NCBI GenBank assembly: GCA_030141605.1
Contig: JAQGDQ010000120.1
Location: 62,001-126,000, forward strand
Direction: 5' to 3'
From: Tubiluchus corallicola
Taxonomy: Eukaryota; Animalia; Priapulida
Length of the DNA: 64,000 nucleotides
The notes under the pieces are model-generated. The model was not told the DNA's origin, did no database searches, and saw only the letters and a list, made by a program, of their open reading frames with translations. Of the stretch, positions 40,201 to 55,400 are shown piece after piece (the stretch's first letter is position 1; each line of letters opens with the position of its first letter). Made by a program: the position numbers and the translations under genes.

Positions 40201-43200
40201 CAATGAAGGAAAACAATACCCACTTTGTAACAAAAAATTGGCCTACTCTGTAAGCAGAATTTGGACATTAATACTACCTACTGTGTACGATGAGTAGCAA
40301 AAAATACGTTTTAGTAACAGTTAACATAATTTTAGTAAATTGCAAAAGAACTGCTACAAAATTTGTCAGCCTTTCATTACTGATTTTTGTTAGTAGTCTT
40401 TTTAAGTGCTTAGTTATGCTAAGGAACAAGTTTACTTGTTATGTGACTGCAACACTGTCTGCTGTTTTTATATTCATAAACTGTTACATTTGCAGGTGAT
40501 ACTGTATTTCATACATGTAATGAACAACATCGCAAACAGAACATATATCATTGTGTACTTTCACACGCTCAGCCAACCAGACAACCAACCTGAATGGAGC
40601 TGGCTAAGACATCTTTACTCTTGCCTTTCAGACAAGTAAGATTACATTTGCAAAAATTGTTAATTACATTTTCAAATAGCTATCCTGTACTTCTTTCAAC
40701 TTTTTCATTAGCGTAAAATTTAAATGCTACCAGAAAGGTCTCGTTTAGCTTTTTTTTTGGTCACTACCTACCTGATTGTTGGGGTTTTTTAAGTATTCTT
40801 ATAGTGTAGAGAAACAAGGGCTTAATGCACTAAAAGACAAATTATAATAATTGTATCAAAGGAGCTTGTTTAATCTTTATTGTACCCACCCATGATGCAA
40901 AATTAAGATAAAAGCAAACTGTGCATTAAATTTGAGATAACGCCAGTTGATAAAACTAATTATCTTCTAGAATTTCTTCTGAAATGAAAACACGTGATGA
41001 CGATGAAAAGCTAATTAACTGCATAAGCACATGTAATGTACAGTCCATATTTACTCACATTAATTTAACTCTATTATCTGTACACTCAGGCCATTTACGC
41101 ATTTTACTAACATGAAGTGCAGTTCTTAGGTAATCAAGTATTGTGAATTCCATAAAAAGAAAATTTTGATGATGTGCCAAAAGATCAAGATCAGCAAACA
41201 TTTTCCAGTTTCTGTGACTAACACTGTACAGATTAAAGTAATCATACATTCACGTTGCCATTTCATTTGCACTTCTAGTCATATTGCAGAATCTTAAGTT
41301 TATGACTTAATTGTAAACAGTAATGTAACTATCATTGTTTTGCAGGTACAGAAAGAATTTGGGTGGAATATATGTGATACACCCAACTTTATGGTCAAAG
41401 GTGAGTGCCGTAAACCTGATAAAAAAGCATTGTTTTACCAGAAGCTGAAAGTCAATTTCTTTTAGAGAAGTGACTAATCAGAATTCGATGTTTAGTGTTT
41501 AGTGACCAGCTTTGCTGTGATTCAAAATTTCTGATTGGACGAACAAATTTTGTCAAATTGTTGGCTGAGCATATATCTAGATATACATGCATTGCTTGCA
41601 TGAATTCTGTTCACAGTAAAGCAAATAATCACACATACCTCTTAAAATTCCCTTAGAAAAGAATCAACTTGACTCATCCTGAGTATTACTGGAGTATGCC
41701 TATCATGTATGGCTACATCTTTAACCCAAGGTTCAATAGTAAACAAGCCTCCTTAAATCTGCTCGTAAAGTATATATGAATTTTATCTTTCCTGATCAAG
41801 TTATACAGTGTTTCAACTTGATTACGTAGTAATTTTTTCTAACTAAATTCAAAAATTTCTTAAAAAATTACTGAAAAATTTATAATTTTGTTGAAAATTT
41901 ATTTTGTCGCAAATGTTCTGGGTATACTCAGTTCTCAAAACAACTATAGTTATTTGCTGAACAAAAAATATCTAAACAGTTTAAACAACAGAATTAACAT
42001 GTCCAATATTCACCACTTGTGTATAACAGGAGATTTAAGAAGCAGACTATTCTCTTTGCCAGTTTATTTTTTTCAATAGTAACTCAGAAACCAATTAGTT
42101 AACTTCAATTTTCACTGTTGATTATAGAGTATCAGATGACAAAGAGGTCGTTAAATCTAAAAATATAGGTATTGTAATTTTAACTTACTTTCAGTTTGTT
42201 GGCTGGTATCAGACAACATTCAGTTTTCCTGACATAAAAGACAAGGTTCGATTACTGGGTGGAGTGGAGTACCTCTATCATGTTATTGATCCACAAGAGA
42301 TAGTCATACCTACATTTGTTCTAGACTATGATCTGCAGGTGAGCACGTTCAAATTTTGATAAATTTAGCTTAATTCAATCTCACCTCCGTACTGATATTT
42401 CAAGTTTGTGGCTGAACAACTGAATGTTTTTAAAAAAATCTTATATGACTTGGTAATAAAATTAATTCTATAGCCATTAAATTCGGACAAAAACTAAGTT
42501 CCAACAATGAAAAGTTTCCCCTTGTAAAATGTGACCAAGGATAACCTTGCCACATAACTAAAAAAATTAAAACTGAGATTTAGGATTATCTAGTAAATTG
42601 GAGTCTGCATAATATGTATGTAAACTTTAGTGGCTGTTCTATAAATCCAGGGTTGTGTGGTTCATTTTGTTTAGTAATTATAATTAGTAATGCTTATAGT
42701 AATATTAGTATATTAGTAATGTCTACTGAGACAGTAGTTTTAGTGATTCTGGAAAGCATTTGCAATTTTGATAGACCTCTGAAGAGGAAACGTAATGTTG
42801 GCGTTTCACATCATGCTACCAATTTTTGCTGCAAAAACTACCCAACCTAAACTTAAAATTTTGGAGAAGGCATTTCAATTTATATAATTTTGCAAGTGTC
42901 ATACTAGAATTTTAGTTATTAGAATAACTTACAAATAACTTACAATTACCTTACTCTTTTGGGTGTGACATGGAAGTGAAAGTTGCCTTAATTTGCACTT
43001 AATAGGTTGAGCCTAATTGCATTATCAGACAGTCATGACTACTGTGTACTATTATGCTTGTTTTTATGAACTAATAATGCAATCGTGTGACATCTTCAAG
43101 GACTTTAGTCAATAAAATTTTAATCATTTGATGACAGGTGACGCTTTTTTCAGGTTAATGGCCGTGGATATAGCATACCTGAAAATCAAGACATGGCAGC

Positions 43201-43216
43201 ACCAGATATATTATAA
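34249..43216 (+). CDS. GDAP2: Ganglioside-induced differentiation-associated protein 2 (macro domain + CRAL-TRIO/BCH-like), 12 coding exons
   Basis: Exons 34249-34427, 35044-35186, 35550-35703, 36274-36362, 36574-36650, 37514-37679, 38671-38854, 39853-40006, 40496-40635, 41346-41400, 42195-42338, 43154-43216 (TAA); phases consistent. Peptides CRTGDAKITEGFNLAARY, YRTAAESALYSCYRNVLQL, PLYFPRS, DIGNEEGEPVVADRQIR. Confidence 0.95.
38079..38566. mobile_element. pogo/Tc1-mariner-like MITE in GDAP2 intron 6
   Basis: Near-perfect 26-bp TIR CAGTGGCCGCCGCTTATT(G/A)TGGACAC, TA target duplication, internal GTCCATATTAAGCG and GTCCACAATAACCG sub-repeats. Confidence 0.9.
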
Positions 43217-46154
43217 CTACAGAGATGCACTGGCGCGACTGATATTGCCACCAAGAGCAGATTATAACATTCAGTATACTACATAATCTAGCTTCTATTT
43301 TAAGCTTGTAATACTCTCTTACAAATAAACTTATATTTTTTCGATCGTGAAAAGATTATATATCTACATATATATATATATATATATATATATACTCAAA
43401 ACTTATAAGCTAGTTCATGCAGTAATGTAATGCTTACCCACTTACTAAAAATGCAGTTAAGATGCCAACATAAATTTCTTAAAAGATGTGATTTTAAGTG
43501 TTGTTCTTAATTTATAGTTTGAACCTATTGAAAATTTTTATTCAATATACTGTGTATCCCAAAACAGTGTCAACAAATCAAGTGTGCATACTGATGGTAA
43601 TTGTTGGAGTATTATTTCATAAGACTTGCTGGGCACAGAGACATCCATCATATAGTCCTGGAGTAACTGGAAAATGGAATTATTACATGTCCAAGTACAT
43701 TTTTAAAACAAAGTTGAACACATGTAGCAATTATGAAGTGGTACTCTGTGTTAAGTTTGGATTGATTTATACAAGCTTTAGTGTAGTGGATAAAATACAA
43801 GTGTGATCTGTCCTGCTGCAGAGTTGGTTTGTTTCTAATTAAAATAAAAAAAACGAATTATCATTTTCATTTAAAGGTGCAAGGCATGTAGATCTTAAAC
43901 TTCCTGTACATGTTTCTGTAGTTTATTTTGTCAGCTGCTTTGTGTGCAATGTGCCACAGCAGTTGCTAGTAAAACAAAAAAATGCATTGATTAGTGAATA
44001 AGATCTTACTGTCTAATTAAGACACATCTTCGGTGTCACTAAAAAAGTGCTACCTACCAATAGCTTAATTGCTTATATTTATTTTTTCTGTTCATTAATT
44101 AATTTAATAAATTTACCTATGTACAACATTTCCCATTTCATATAACCTTCATGATAGTATTTGTGCAGCAGTTATTCTGGAATAAAAGATATAACAACAA
44201 GTATCCAATGTACTTCTTGTTATATGTGCTACACTTGGCTTCTCAACTTCCATTATTTTTTGTCATTTTCAAGGTAAACAGAATTTTTTTTATATTGCAT
44301 GGCACTACACCTTTTCTCAAGATAAGGTTAGCTTTACACTAATTAAGAAGATGTTGCTTAGAATCATTGCACAATGTATTAATTACTTTTCCAAGTCCAC
44401 ACACGTTGAGTTGCATAAACGTAGACCTATGGAGCGTACGGAAAAAACGTAAACCTAATTTCAATCTTTTCATAACTTAGAATTTGATATGCAGTGTCCA
44501 AAAATACGTTTATAAACCTTTACTGATTACAAGTAAACGCCATGACTCGAGGATGGAAAAAATGCCAAAGCATGTTAGCTCACTGTGGAGAAGGACGCTT
44601 ATCAATTGAAGCCCAAGAAATTTCTAGAAAATATCATATTGTTCTGCGTCTTTGATGCGTATCTCCAGTTGCGCAATTGAAACGACTCCCCCTCCTCCCA
44701 CACCCTGCAACAAGTAATCTCCTTCTTCATTGCTGCTTAATAGCTATATCATTCATTTATAATTGCGATCCAGTACACCTAAGGCTCAGTATACTAATAA
44801 TTGGTCTTGTCACAGTTATCAGGCTAGACAAGCTTAATTTCTTATAACTATACTGTGTCTAAGTTCACACGCATTCCTCCCCTTACCGTCCCCGATCCTC
44901 AGTTCTTTTCCCCGTTTTGGATTGTAATCTAATGATTATTTTCACCATTCAAACGTTTACAGTAATAATAAATACTGAAATATTGTATGAAACACATTTT
45001 TTAATTACAGCTAAATGAAAATAGCATTCCTTGTCTCAAACGATCATGAAGCTTCATTTTTCACTCACATCATTTAATGCTCACTCACTCATTCATTCTG
45101 TGTCGATTTGTTCAAAATTTAGCACCCCATAAGCCTGATGAAAGTTCACAGTTGTAAAGGCTTTATGAAAATATGGTTTGCAGTGCTTATAGACGTGTTT
45201 TTTTTTCAAAAGTAATAGAAGTAAAGTTTTGTTGAACTTCTAAGTTCAGTGCTTTAGTACGTTGTCTGAATGTCGTCTACAAATTAATTCAACGTTCTTT
45301 CGATTATTTAGTCATTTATTACCTCTCTTCCCGTCAGTCCACTGTAATTCGTGCCGCAAAATGTAGAATTTTGTCAACAAGAAATTGTCTTCACGGTAGC
45401 ACAATAGACGGATTCATATGTTGCATGTGGTCCTCTCGAAAATGTATATTTCTTGAAATACAAATTACTTTTTTGCATATTTAGGCTTCCGGCAACCGTG
45501 TCGTGTAGCAGTGTTTTTCTGTGAGTAGTTTAGCACAGAACTTTAAAACTTATCTGGATGATCGGCGTGCAAAAATGTTTTATTGTCAGCCCTTTTTGGC
45601 TTTTGACAAAAAATTATGGAATTAGATTAACTTATATTTTTCAAGTTTTCTGAAGGCTGCTATTGTCACTTTTCTGTAGTATTATTCATACAAGCTGCGA
45701 GTGAAAGCAGTTTTTCAAGACAGCTGTAATTATAGTCGTATTTGGAACTCTATCTGGAAGCCTGATAAATCTGGAGATTTGAGAATTTTGAGGACCTAGT
45801 CAATCTAAAAATTGGGCATTTTTTCTCTTACATCTGCAAACTTGTTAAACAGACAAAGGCTACGTATACCTACCATTTATTTCGTAGAATATTTCAACTG
45901 AGAACCATTTTCGCGATAGCTTGTCAAAAACGTTCGAATGAATTGCGATCTTAGCATGGAGAGTATTAGCTATTGTGTCTGGAGATCCTGTAAAAGTGAG
46001 AGCTTTCATAGACAAAATTGAGCTTGGCACTCATCCCTGCTCTATTGGTCTACATCTAATTTGATTTCTAAGTTCAGTAAAAAATGAGAGCATTATTTGT
46101 TTGACGCTGCTGATAGATATGCCATTTAGTACGCTAGAAATTACGATAATCATA

Positions 46155-46530
46155 TTTGTAGTCATCCCAACGAAGTGGGCAACTATAGAATTCTCGGTTC
46201 CGCCTGTCTGTCCGTCCTGTCGTCACGTTTTCTCGGCTGTGGAGTAATCTAAGAAATTTATACTTAGCTTATTGGTAGGGTATGTGTCAAACTTGAAGCC
46301 ACGGGAGGAAGTTTTACAAGGGGAGGGGTGGCCAGAACGAATTTGCCCTGAAAGTTGCCGTAGCCTTAGTGATTTCTAAAAATAAATGCAAATATCGGGC
46401 AACATAATAATTGTCAAATAGGATACAGACTGATAAATGTCTAAAAAACATGCAAATACATTCCGACATACTTTTTTCTAATGTTTCAGAAATTCAAAAG
46501 AAATAATGGCGACGGACTACATTTTCTTTT
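46155..46530 (+). mobile_element. Helentron/DINE-1-like non-autonomous element (copy 2)
   Basis: 5' TTTGTAGTC...hairpin, CTGT/CCGT microsatellite, 3' GACTAC (inverse of GTAGTC) followed by a T-run; homologous to 370-540. Confidence 0.65.
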
Positions 46531-49007
46531 TGCAGCTTTGCAAGCATGTCTGTAACCTTGCCAGTACACAATGACCGTGCGCTTAAAGTGTAAAGGACTT
46601 ATATGGTTTAGTGAACTAAATTTGATAGCAGGTACTACTATTAACTTTAACATTTTTAAAAGCTAAATATAAGCCGCCGTATAAGAAATGCGAATTTAAG
46701 CTAGTAAGAAGAAGTAGTGCAATACATAAGCAATTCTGTATATTTGAATCTTAGATTTTGATACTTTAAAGTAGAATTATTTCCTCTGAAACTAATCAGC
46801 TTCTGTCCTGAAAATGTGCAATTCATTTGCCCTTGGGGGAGTAGATTGCTGCCCCCCTCATAAACCACCTACCTCATACGCCTATGGCCGGAGTCTATGA
46901 ATTTTTGAGTCTTTATAATTTTTAGGATTTGCATGTAATTTTGTAATTACAAAATTTAATTAAGGTGATAAGACATTTATACTCATCTATTAAAACTATC
47001 AAACATACTTTAAAATATTATTGGTAACTATATACATGTATAAAAGTTGCAAAACTCAAATGAGCATGTCTATTTACTAATGCACACACGGACACTTGAT
47101 CTTTTGTCCGGGACATGGTCCATTGATCCTCTGTACTTCTCTTGGTCAGGTGATCCTTCTACCACTTTTAAAATGCAGAAGGTGATAATAGCTTAAAAAG
47201 GCATACAAAGACGTAAATTATTTCAATAGCATAGAGGGATGAAATGTTTGTTTATCTTACATGATCGACAAAGCTCCGATTAGACCAAGGTTATTGTCTA
47301 GACAATAATATACACACCATACTAACAGTCAAAATATCACTTATGTGATGTCCAATGAGCTGTCTGTCAGGTACCATAACTGCGATGAACGAGATTTGGC
47401 TAACACTATGTACCAATAAATTTTGACGAAACAAAGGCAACGTCTGCAGCGGATACCTTCCGTCCTTGTGGTAAGTTATAATTGCTGATAATTGATATTG
47501 GGTTTTCGCTTCACGTGGTGGATAGAAAATTGTTAAAAGACAAATTACAGCAGGGAAATATCTTGTTTATTTAGTAAATGTCAAAATATCAAGCAAATTT
47601 CAATCATTTTTCTGATAGATGTACTGCTTTCGCCAGGTATAATTCACTTTATCACTCGTAAGATTTAGGCACACGCATATAATACACATTTCATTTGGAA
47701 AGCGTCACTGAACACGCCCACAAAACTTCTACAGCTCATACATAATATATATCTAAGTTAATCACTGTAACACACATTCATTCATTACTGAAAATCGTCA
47801 TTCGTCCTAATCGTCATTGTCATCATGGTTCTCCTCCTCCTCACCACCTCCTCATCCCATTTATCATCATTATCATCATCATCACCACCACTATCATCAT
47901 CATTATCATCATATCTGAAGCTTTTTTGCCCTTGAAACCTTACGAACGAGACTCATAATAAAATGCGATCAAACTAGTTATACTGATATGACATTGACTT
48001 GTGCATTTAGACGACTAGAAACGAGTAATAAGGTTTTCTTGCAGCATAACAACAGCTTTAACCTATAACAAATTCTGGGTTTCAACAACAGGGAGCATAT
48101 AGCGAGCAGCTGCGAATTTGGCCAGGTCCCGCAAAACACTAAAAACTAAACGAAGTTTTCTTTTACGACAAATAAATCCAAGCAAGTTTTCAATACACCT
48201 GTCCTGAAAATTAGCTACTTTTCCCCCACTTGACCACGAGTGCTTCGTACCACGAAAAAACATTTGTTAAAATTATTTAGAGCTGGCAACTTCGATAACT
48301 TACAAGCTACTATAAGACATTTCAGTCTGTGCGAAAGACGATTTTGTTTATATCTGATATGCCTTATACCACTCTGCAAAATCATGCTGCGCTGCAGACA
48401 TTCAAGATTGCTTTATAGGGTATAGAATTGTATATGAGACAAAACTTCCAGTAATTCTGTAAATCTGTTTGTGTATGTTCATTCATTCTATCCAGAGAAA
48501 ACATTATTATAGAAACATTTTGAACAAAATAATAATTTAAATGTATGGGTAATATGATCAAGCAAAAAGTTTGAAAGACAACCCCCAGGCTCACGATATT
48601 TACAAGGTCGCCTTAGTTGTTATGTGCTTAGCAAAAATGTGCATTTCAACTTTCAATATTATGATGCTCTATAATTATTTTTTACAGAAGGAAAAACATT
48701 TTGTGAACAATATTTGCAAGAAAGACAATCGCATACTTGTATTGCCATAAATAATATGCAAAAACTACGTTAGTATTGTGTACACGTACTTTATTTAAGC
48801 CTATAAATACTTTTTGCACTTACACATCAGCATATACTGCAGGCGAAAACTAGCTTCATACAACGCATTGTCTTATAATGCACACAGCAGAGCGCGTTAA
48901 TGTATTCATTGACTGAATAATTTCCGCTCTGTTAGACTCGGTTATTCAATCAGTATTTTTGCCTCAATTATTTTGTTTTTGAACAAAAAATAAAGATCAG
49001 CACTGTA

Positions 49008-49260
49008 TGACGTTCACCTCTCACTGTTTACAGATTCGCATCTGCGACGTCAGACTCTTTAATGAGACATATTGCGTAGCAGGGCTTCATAGCTTACGTC
49101 ACTGCCAGACAGTTACGCAGTAGTCTCATTTGTACTCGCTTCATTCATGTCCGCTAGATTCACCTCTAATTGCGGTTGCCATGGTAGTTTGACGGGAGCC
49201 GGCCAATCACGAAGCCGTTGATGACGTCAGCGCGTCTTCAACCCACGCAAATGCGCTGGA
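49008..49260 (+). promoter_or_regulatory. Putative TENT5 promoter with clustered CRE-like sites
   Basis: TGACGTCA at 49222-49229, TTACGTCA at 49094-49101, CGACGTCA at 49045-49052, CCAAT at 49203-49207, X-box-like GTTGCCATGGTAG at 49175-49187. Followed by a candidate non-coding exon ending at donor AAG|GTAAGT (49483/49484). Confidence 0.6.
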
Positions 49261-52200
49261 CACGACGAAAATCAGTAGATTTTCACTCAAGCTGCTGCAA
49301 TATTGTCAGAAATACGACGTTGTGATATTGTGAATAGTGTACACACCATATGGATGCTGCTCCAACGTGAATTCAAACGAATATCTAGTCTTCACACCAG
49401 AAAAGTACCACTTATGAGAACAACTACTATTTGAACCAGACATACGGGAAATTCGAACTATATTTTTGCTGTATGCGTTGAAGGTAAGTTTTCGATCTGT
49501 TACATCATTAGCTAGTTCACGTGGCAAGTATGCTTATTGCGTATCTTTAAGTATTATTGTTACTTATCAGCTTGGTAAATATTTATATTGTTAACTTTAT
49601 GTTTGAGTTGCTTGCCACAGAGTTCTGACTGCTCGAGTGGTTTATGCTGTGGTTCAATAGCATAGTAATGTAGTTCTAACAAAATGCACAATATTGTAAA
49701 ATTAATTGAAAAGAATATGCATTCAGCAAGTAAAGTTTTACATTATTGCTTCTTGCGTACATTACACACATTTCTTAGCTTTTCTTTTATTTTAGAATGT
49801 TGCCTGCTCATTGTCTACAACAGAAATGTTGGGCATATGATAATTAGTCTTTCTTATAAACCTTTTCAAAATTTTGGTTTTTTATTTTGTTAAAGAAAAT
49901 AGTTGTAATTTGAGGTATCATAAGTTACGATATCGCTATAGTATGTTGTATGAAAAATACAGCCCCATCTATTTAGAAAAAAGAGAGTACTCTGTACAAG
50001 CTTATGCGCTCTTAAAGCTTGTTTGTCTTGATATCGTTTAACTCCATGTTCAGATTTACGTTGCTTCTCCGACGAAAGTCTTATCTTTTCCACTTGCTTT
50101 TGCAATTCGTAATTTCTGTTTTATTTCCGGCATTTGCTTGATTTATTAGGTTTCGAAAAACTTTTCTAGTTTTATTTTCGTTGCTCAAGATCTAATGTGC
50201 ATTTGACAGGTTTCTTACGCTACGCTTCCATTTTTCTTAGAGATGGGACTTCGTTTTACATTGATTTTAGTTACAGCAAACATTGAAAACTTGGCCTTTC
50301 TGGTGATGCAGTGTACGGTGGTTTGCTGGGATAAGCGAAAGATTCAGAATGCCACGTAGTTAAAAAAACTGAAATGTCATCAAGTTTGCTTTTACAGAAA
50401 AAGTCTATAATTAAGGCTGTGCCAGTTTAATGCCTAATTTTTATAAAAGGCGACGAAACACAGAAAGCTTTATGCCTTGAATGAGAATAAATGCTTTTGT
50501 TCAGTAATGTAGCATTATGTCATATAATTTTAGTCTGTCCAACAACCATGTAAACAATTTTATTACCTTGCAGTGAGTGACTGGAATTTGGTATAGCCGT
50601 AAATCAGAAAAGGAAAAATTGTTGTTCTGGGATGACTCAGATAGAAACCATCAATTCTTCATGCCGTTTTTCGTCCATTTTAGTTCGGTAGTGCAGCTAT
50701 TCCATTTTTAGCCAAATGGTTACAACCGTATTATCCTTGGATAATGATAAAAGTTTAAACTCGGAATTTACACATGGAAAAGCCTGCTTATTTAAAAAAA
50801 ACAACAACAATAACCTGGCATATTACCATGCTCTTAAGGACACAGGAGCATAACTTTGTACAGTGTGAACAAACTCAATTAAGATAATAGTTTGAATAAT
50901 AAATGCAACAACAACAACAAAAATGATAACAACTACAACAAAAATTAGCCACGGTTTGTGTTATTTTCAGAAGCCTACCTCGTCGTTGCTCTGTATGGCT
51001 TTTTCTGGTCTATTTAGAATAGACAAATGTAATTTTATAAAGGCATGATTTTTGTAGCCATCGCCATTATGATGACATGGCTCACAGAATTCTAATCTGA
51101 GGTTTTCCGTGGTCCTAATTTATGCCCATGAACGACCTTCAAGTAGCATGGCTTCCCGGCTGACCGACCTGCTTTTAATTCAGCCGTACCAGTGTACTAG
51201 CTGGCTTCATTCGGAATTTGTCAACACCGTCAAGACGAGTCAGAAGAACCACCACACCGTCACGCACGGATTGCGCAATTTGCGGCTTCCTATAATATTG
51301 ATTTTTGTCACGAGCTTCAGCTAGCCAGCGAGTTTGCTTCACTTGACAGAAGGCTGCCCACAAGTGTTTACGCTACAACCTGTCAACGTAGGAGGCCCAG
51401 ATGAGGCTAAACGTCATGAAATTAACTGATACTTAACGACCTCGTGGAAAGGTCGTGTGGGCGACTTCTGTCAATAAGTATTAATCTGAGTTGCAGTAGA
51501 CGTTTTTACACTTGGTTTCCTTGTCAATCGATGGCGCCACATTTAGGCTGAATGTTTGCTTACTTTGCTACAGTTGTGTTGTCGTCTGGTACTAAAAATG
51601 ATATTGAACGACTAGTGTACGTTCAATATCCTTTAATTTCGAAAACCCTAGTTTTTATTTTACGCTTTTGTGTATGTATGATAAATTTTGTCTTTTTTTC
51701 ATAAATTTATGGTAAAGCTATTCTGGTGCCATTATGTAATTTTCAGCAAAGCCTATAGTCGGGATGTTGTTTACAAACCATATAAAGGCCTAATTTCCAA
51801 CAAACATAATTACTAATGTGTTTGCTGTCTTACGTTCATAACCAGGCATAACATAGCGACGTTTAGCGTAAAGTGCGATAGTTGCTTTAATTTTTTATAT
51901 TATTTTTAATTTACATGCGTATATGTACCTGTAAGTCTGGTGCGATAAAATGCATCTGTAAGTTTATTTAACTCGCCTATCTTTTAATAGAAAGTGTAAA
52001 GGCAATCAAGATTCGTGAGCAAAGATTTAGCAGCCTAGCCATGGACCAACGGCGTGGAACGGCAGACAGCTGTTTTTGGAATTTTGAAATTGAATTCGAT
52101 GGGGGTGGTTACGTGCTGGCAAACCAAACATGCACGAAAAACTGCTCGCGTTCTTTTTTGTTTCGAGATGCCAAATCATTTTTAGCAGTCTGTTATTGTG

Positions 52201-52479
52201 ATTCTCGCAATTCGATGTAATTTTCTTAATGAGAAACACAAGAGACAACGGCGGTCAAACGTCCCCCCCCCCCCTACTTCATTATTGTGCTCTGCGCGTT
52301 GCACCAAAAGTACATAATGTAGCGGAATCCAAATCAGTGACTGCATTCTCAGATTTGTCAGTTGCTCAATGTGTTGGTATCTCTTCCTTCTCTTTCTAAA
52401 CGTAGACTTGACTGTGCATCAGTAGTGCTTGTATTCGGTTGTGATAAATATTTTGTGTTTCAGTGTCAACTGTGAAAAA

Positions 52480-55400
52480 ATGAAAGCAGGAGCAGACACG
52501 TCTGACACGTATCAGTCAGAGGAGCCGGTATGCCGGTTTCAAGTTCTTAGTTACGAAGAGGTATGCTATTTCGGTTCATTTCCATAATACATTTTTGCCT
52601 ATAGTAAGCGCTATCTCTGTTTTTGCAGCGTAATCGTAACCAATTACAATTAAATGTACAGTTGATTCGCAATAAGTTACAGTATGTGCTATACTTTGCA
52701 CTTCCAGCTGATTTCTGACTCCAGTTAAAAGGCTTATTAACTGAAAACGCCAGAGCTTCATGCGTTTGGCATTATATTATCATATAGTATTAGTCAGCTA
52801 ATATAAAAAGTCATTTTTGAGATGTACTGCTGTACTAACTAATCATCTGTGGTTTGGAAAACTGTTGATTTTTTCAGTGCACCAAGTATAGTTTTTTGTA
52901 CTTTTGAAGACCAAACAGCTAAGCCATATTTTCTCGGGCTTGTGAAATGTAGATCGATCTGTATTATAATGATAATATTTCTTTAAAAATATAACGTCCA
53001 CAATTCAAATTGGCCCTGTTATGACATGGCAAATTACTAATTGTAAGTTACTAAAAAATTTTCATTGTTAAGGGCTTTTAACAGCACTTTAGCTAGACGT
53101 GCGTAGGTACACAGCAAATTATAAGGTGCATCTCCACAGTATTTTGATGTTAAGCTGGATCGAACTGGACTAGACTTAGTAAACATACTATACAGAAATT
53201 TATTTGATTTGTTCATAAGTTATATATAGTAAACTCGGCCTAGAGACTGGACCGGAAATTTGGTAAGCGCATGACCGTGAAGTGCCATACAGCAATTACT
53301 GTTATTTGAAATGTAAGAAGGGTCCCTGCAATAATTTTTCAAGAGGCACTCGCGACCTTGAAAATTCCTGTATGACCACCATGAGCTTTCATGCTTTTGT
53401 TTATTGGTTGTTGGCGAAAGTAGGCTGACAATCACGTCTCAACTTCCCAAGTTAGTAACTAAGTTTAACCCATTTTCCACATGATTTTTCTTATTTTGGC
53501 TCAGTGTTGTTTTGACTCTCTACTGAATTACAAAGCAATTCTGATAATACTGTAAAGTAAATTATAACTTCTTTGCGGCTGGCTATGCCAAACCTGCATA
53601 CATACATGTGTGCAGAACAAAATATAACAGCATTTGAACATGAAAATAGTTCAACCTGTGTCTGAAATCTGAAATACAAAAAACTGCTTGTTAGAATAAT
53701 TGTTGGAATTTGCGTTAAAACTGCGAAAATGTAATGTCTATAGGTAGCCCACCTGATGCTTGTTAACTCATTTTTGCTTCGCACGTTTTATTGTCTAAAA
53801 GCCAGCTGAGCCTAGCTACTTGTTTCTCAATAATGTTTAATTCTATTTCTGCAAGTGTTCTGCTAATAGTTAAACAATTACCAGATGCAGAAAGCTCAAC
53901 AAGTATTTTCGTATGTTTAAATCATTTTGAAGTGTCGACTACCTGTTCATTTTCCGTTATCATCTGTAGGCATCAGTTTTTCTCAAGGTTTGCCTGCCTA
54001 AGTGTATGTAACAAGAGGTGCCAGAAGCGGCAGAAATGCAATAAGCACAGATTAGTGACATTTTTATTGGAAAGGCTACAATGCGTTGAAGGACACTGAA
54101 AAGTCTAAGGGAGTCGCAAATAGCGTCATGTCGTTTTACATAGCTTTGTTAATATGTTGAGGTCGCCTAGAATCAAACCTTTGCTGAATATCGTATTAAA
54201 AGTGCGTGTTGACTAAGCAGATTAAACTGATAATGTATAATAAACTACAGGTATTGCAGTATAAATCATTGTAATGAAAATCCTAGTGTAATAATTGGTC
54301 GATGTTGTAATGACAAGACTGAATGAACTGAAATCTAATTGTGCGAGCCGATTGTGTTTACAACTTGATTTTGCCTGGCCCAGGTGTCGGTACTCATGTC
54401 AGAAACTACGGTTCTCGTGACTAATCAAATTTATTATTGACTTATGTCTGCTCCTGTGTGACTTACAGAATGTGTCACATTTGTCACATTTTGAGTCCTA
54501 TCTCGGGTTCTTAAGTAATTCAAGCTTTTTTTAGCCATATATCATTGTCTGAATTGCTACCTGCAAGTTTTGCGACTCGATGCCTAGCAAAAATTTAGAA
54601 TCCGTTGCTCGCGGATTAGCCTGATATACGATTACCAGACTGCATCCGTGTAACTGACATTTTCCGGACATATAATGCGGTAAAATGCATTATTTAAAGC
54701 GGCGTTTACCATGTATCCAGAATGCGTTATGTGTTATTGCGTACCTAAGTGCGTACACACAAATTACCATAAAACGCAGGATTGAGAAACGGATGCTTTG
54801 AAAATACATGTACTATAACGTAGTTTTTTCGCATTAACGCATAACGCTATCCGGATGCCTGGTAAACGCCGCAAGAGAAAAAAATGATGTAATTGTAATA
54901 CCTAATTGAAATCCGCTTAAAATACTAGAATGCAAATTACTAAACAATATAATATACTTGGATTATTCAGTTTTTTTGCAGAACCTAGCCTGCTGCACTG
55001 CAAGCAGCAATAACAGCGTTCAATTGCACGATCTACTTAATAAAGATTGTTTTGGCAGGATCGAGACCTATCTGCTTCATTATCAAGGGTAATTTCCTAA
55101 TATCAGACACTGAATTAATGGAAAAATGTTCAGAAAAATAACTTTCAACGTGGTAAATAGCCGTGTGGATAATAAAATCAGTTTTCCCAATGGTGACGCA
55201 TCAATTTACTAACTAGGCGCATTGTTGCTTAACTTAACTCATTTCATAGCACAGTTGTAATATCATAGTTATCAGAACAAAAACAAAAAAAATCCTTTAT
55301 GGTAAATATTCTGTCAGTCACTTAGGTTGTTGTAGCAGCTTTGAGCAGCTGTGGATATTCAAAATGAAATAGCTCGGCATGTCTCATGAAGACATATTAG

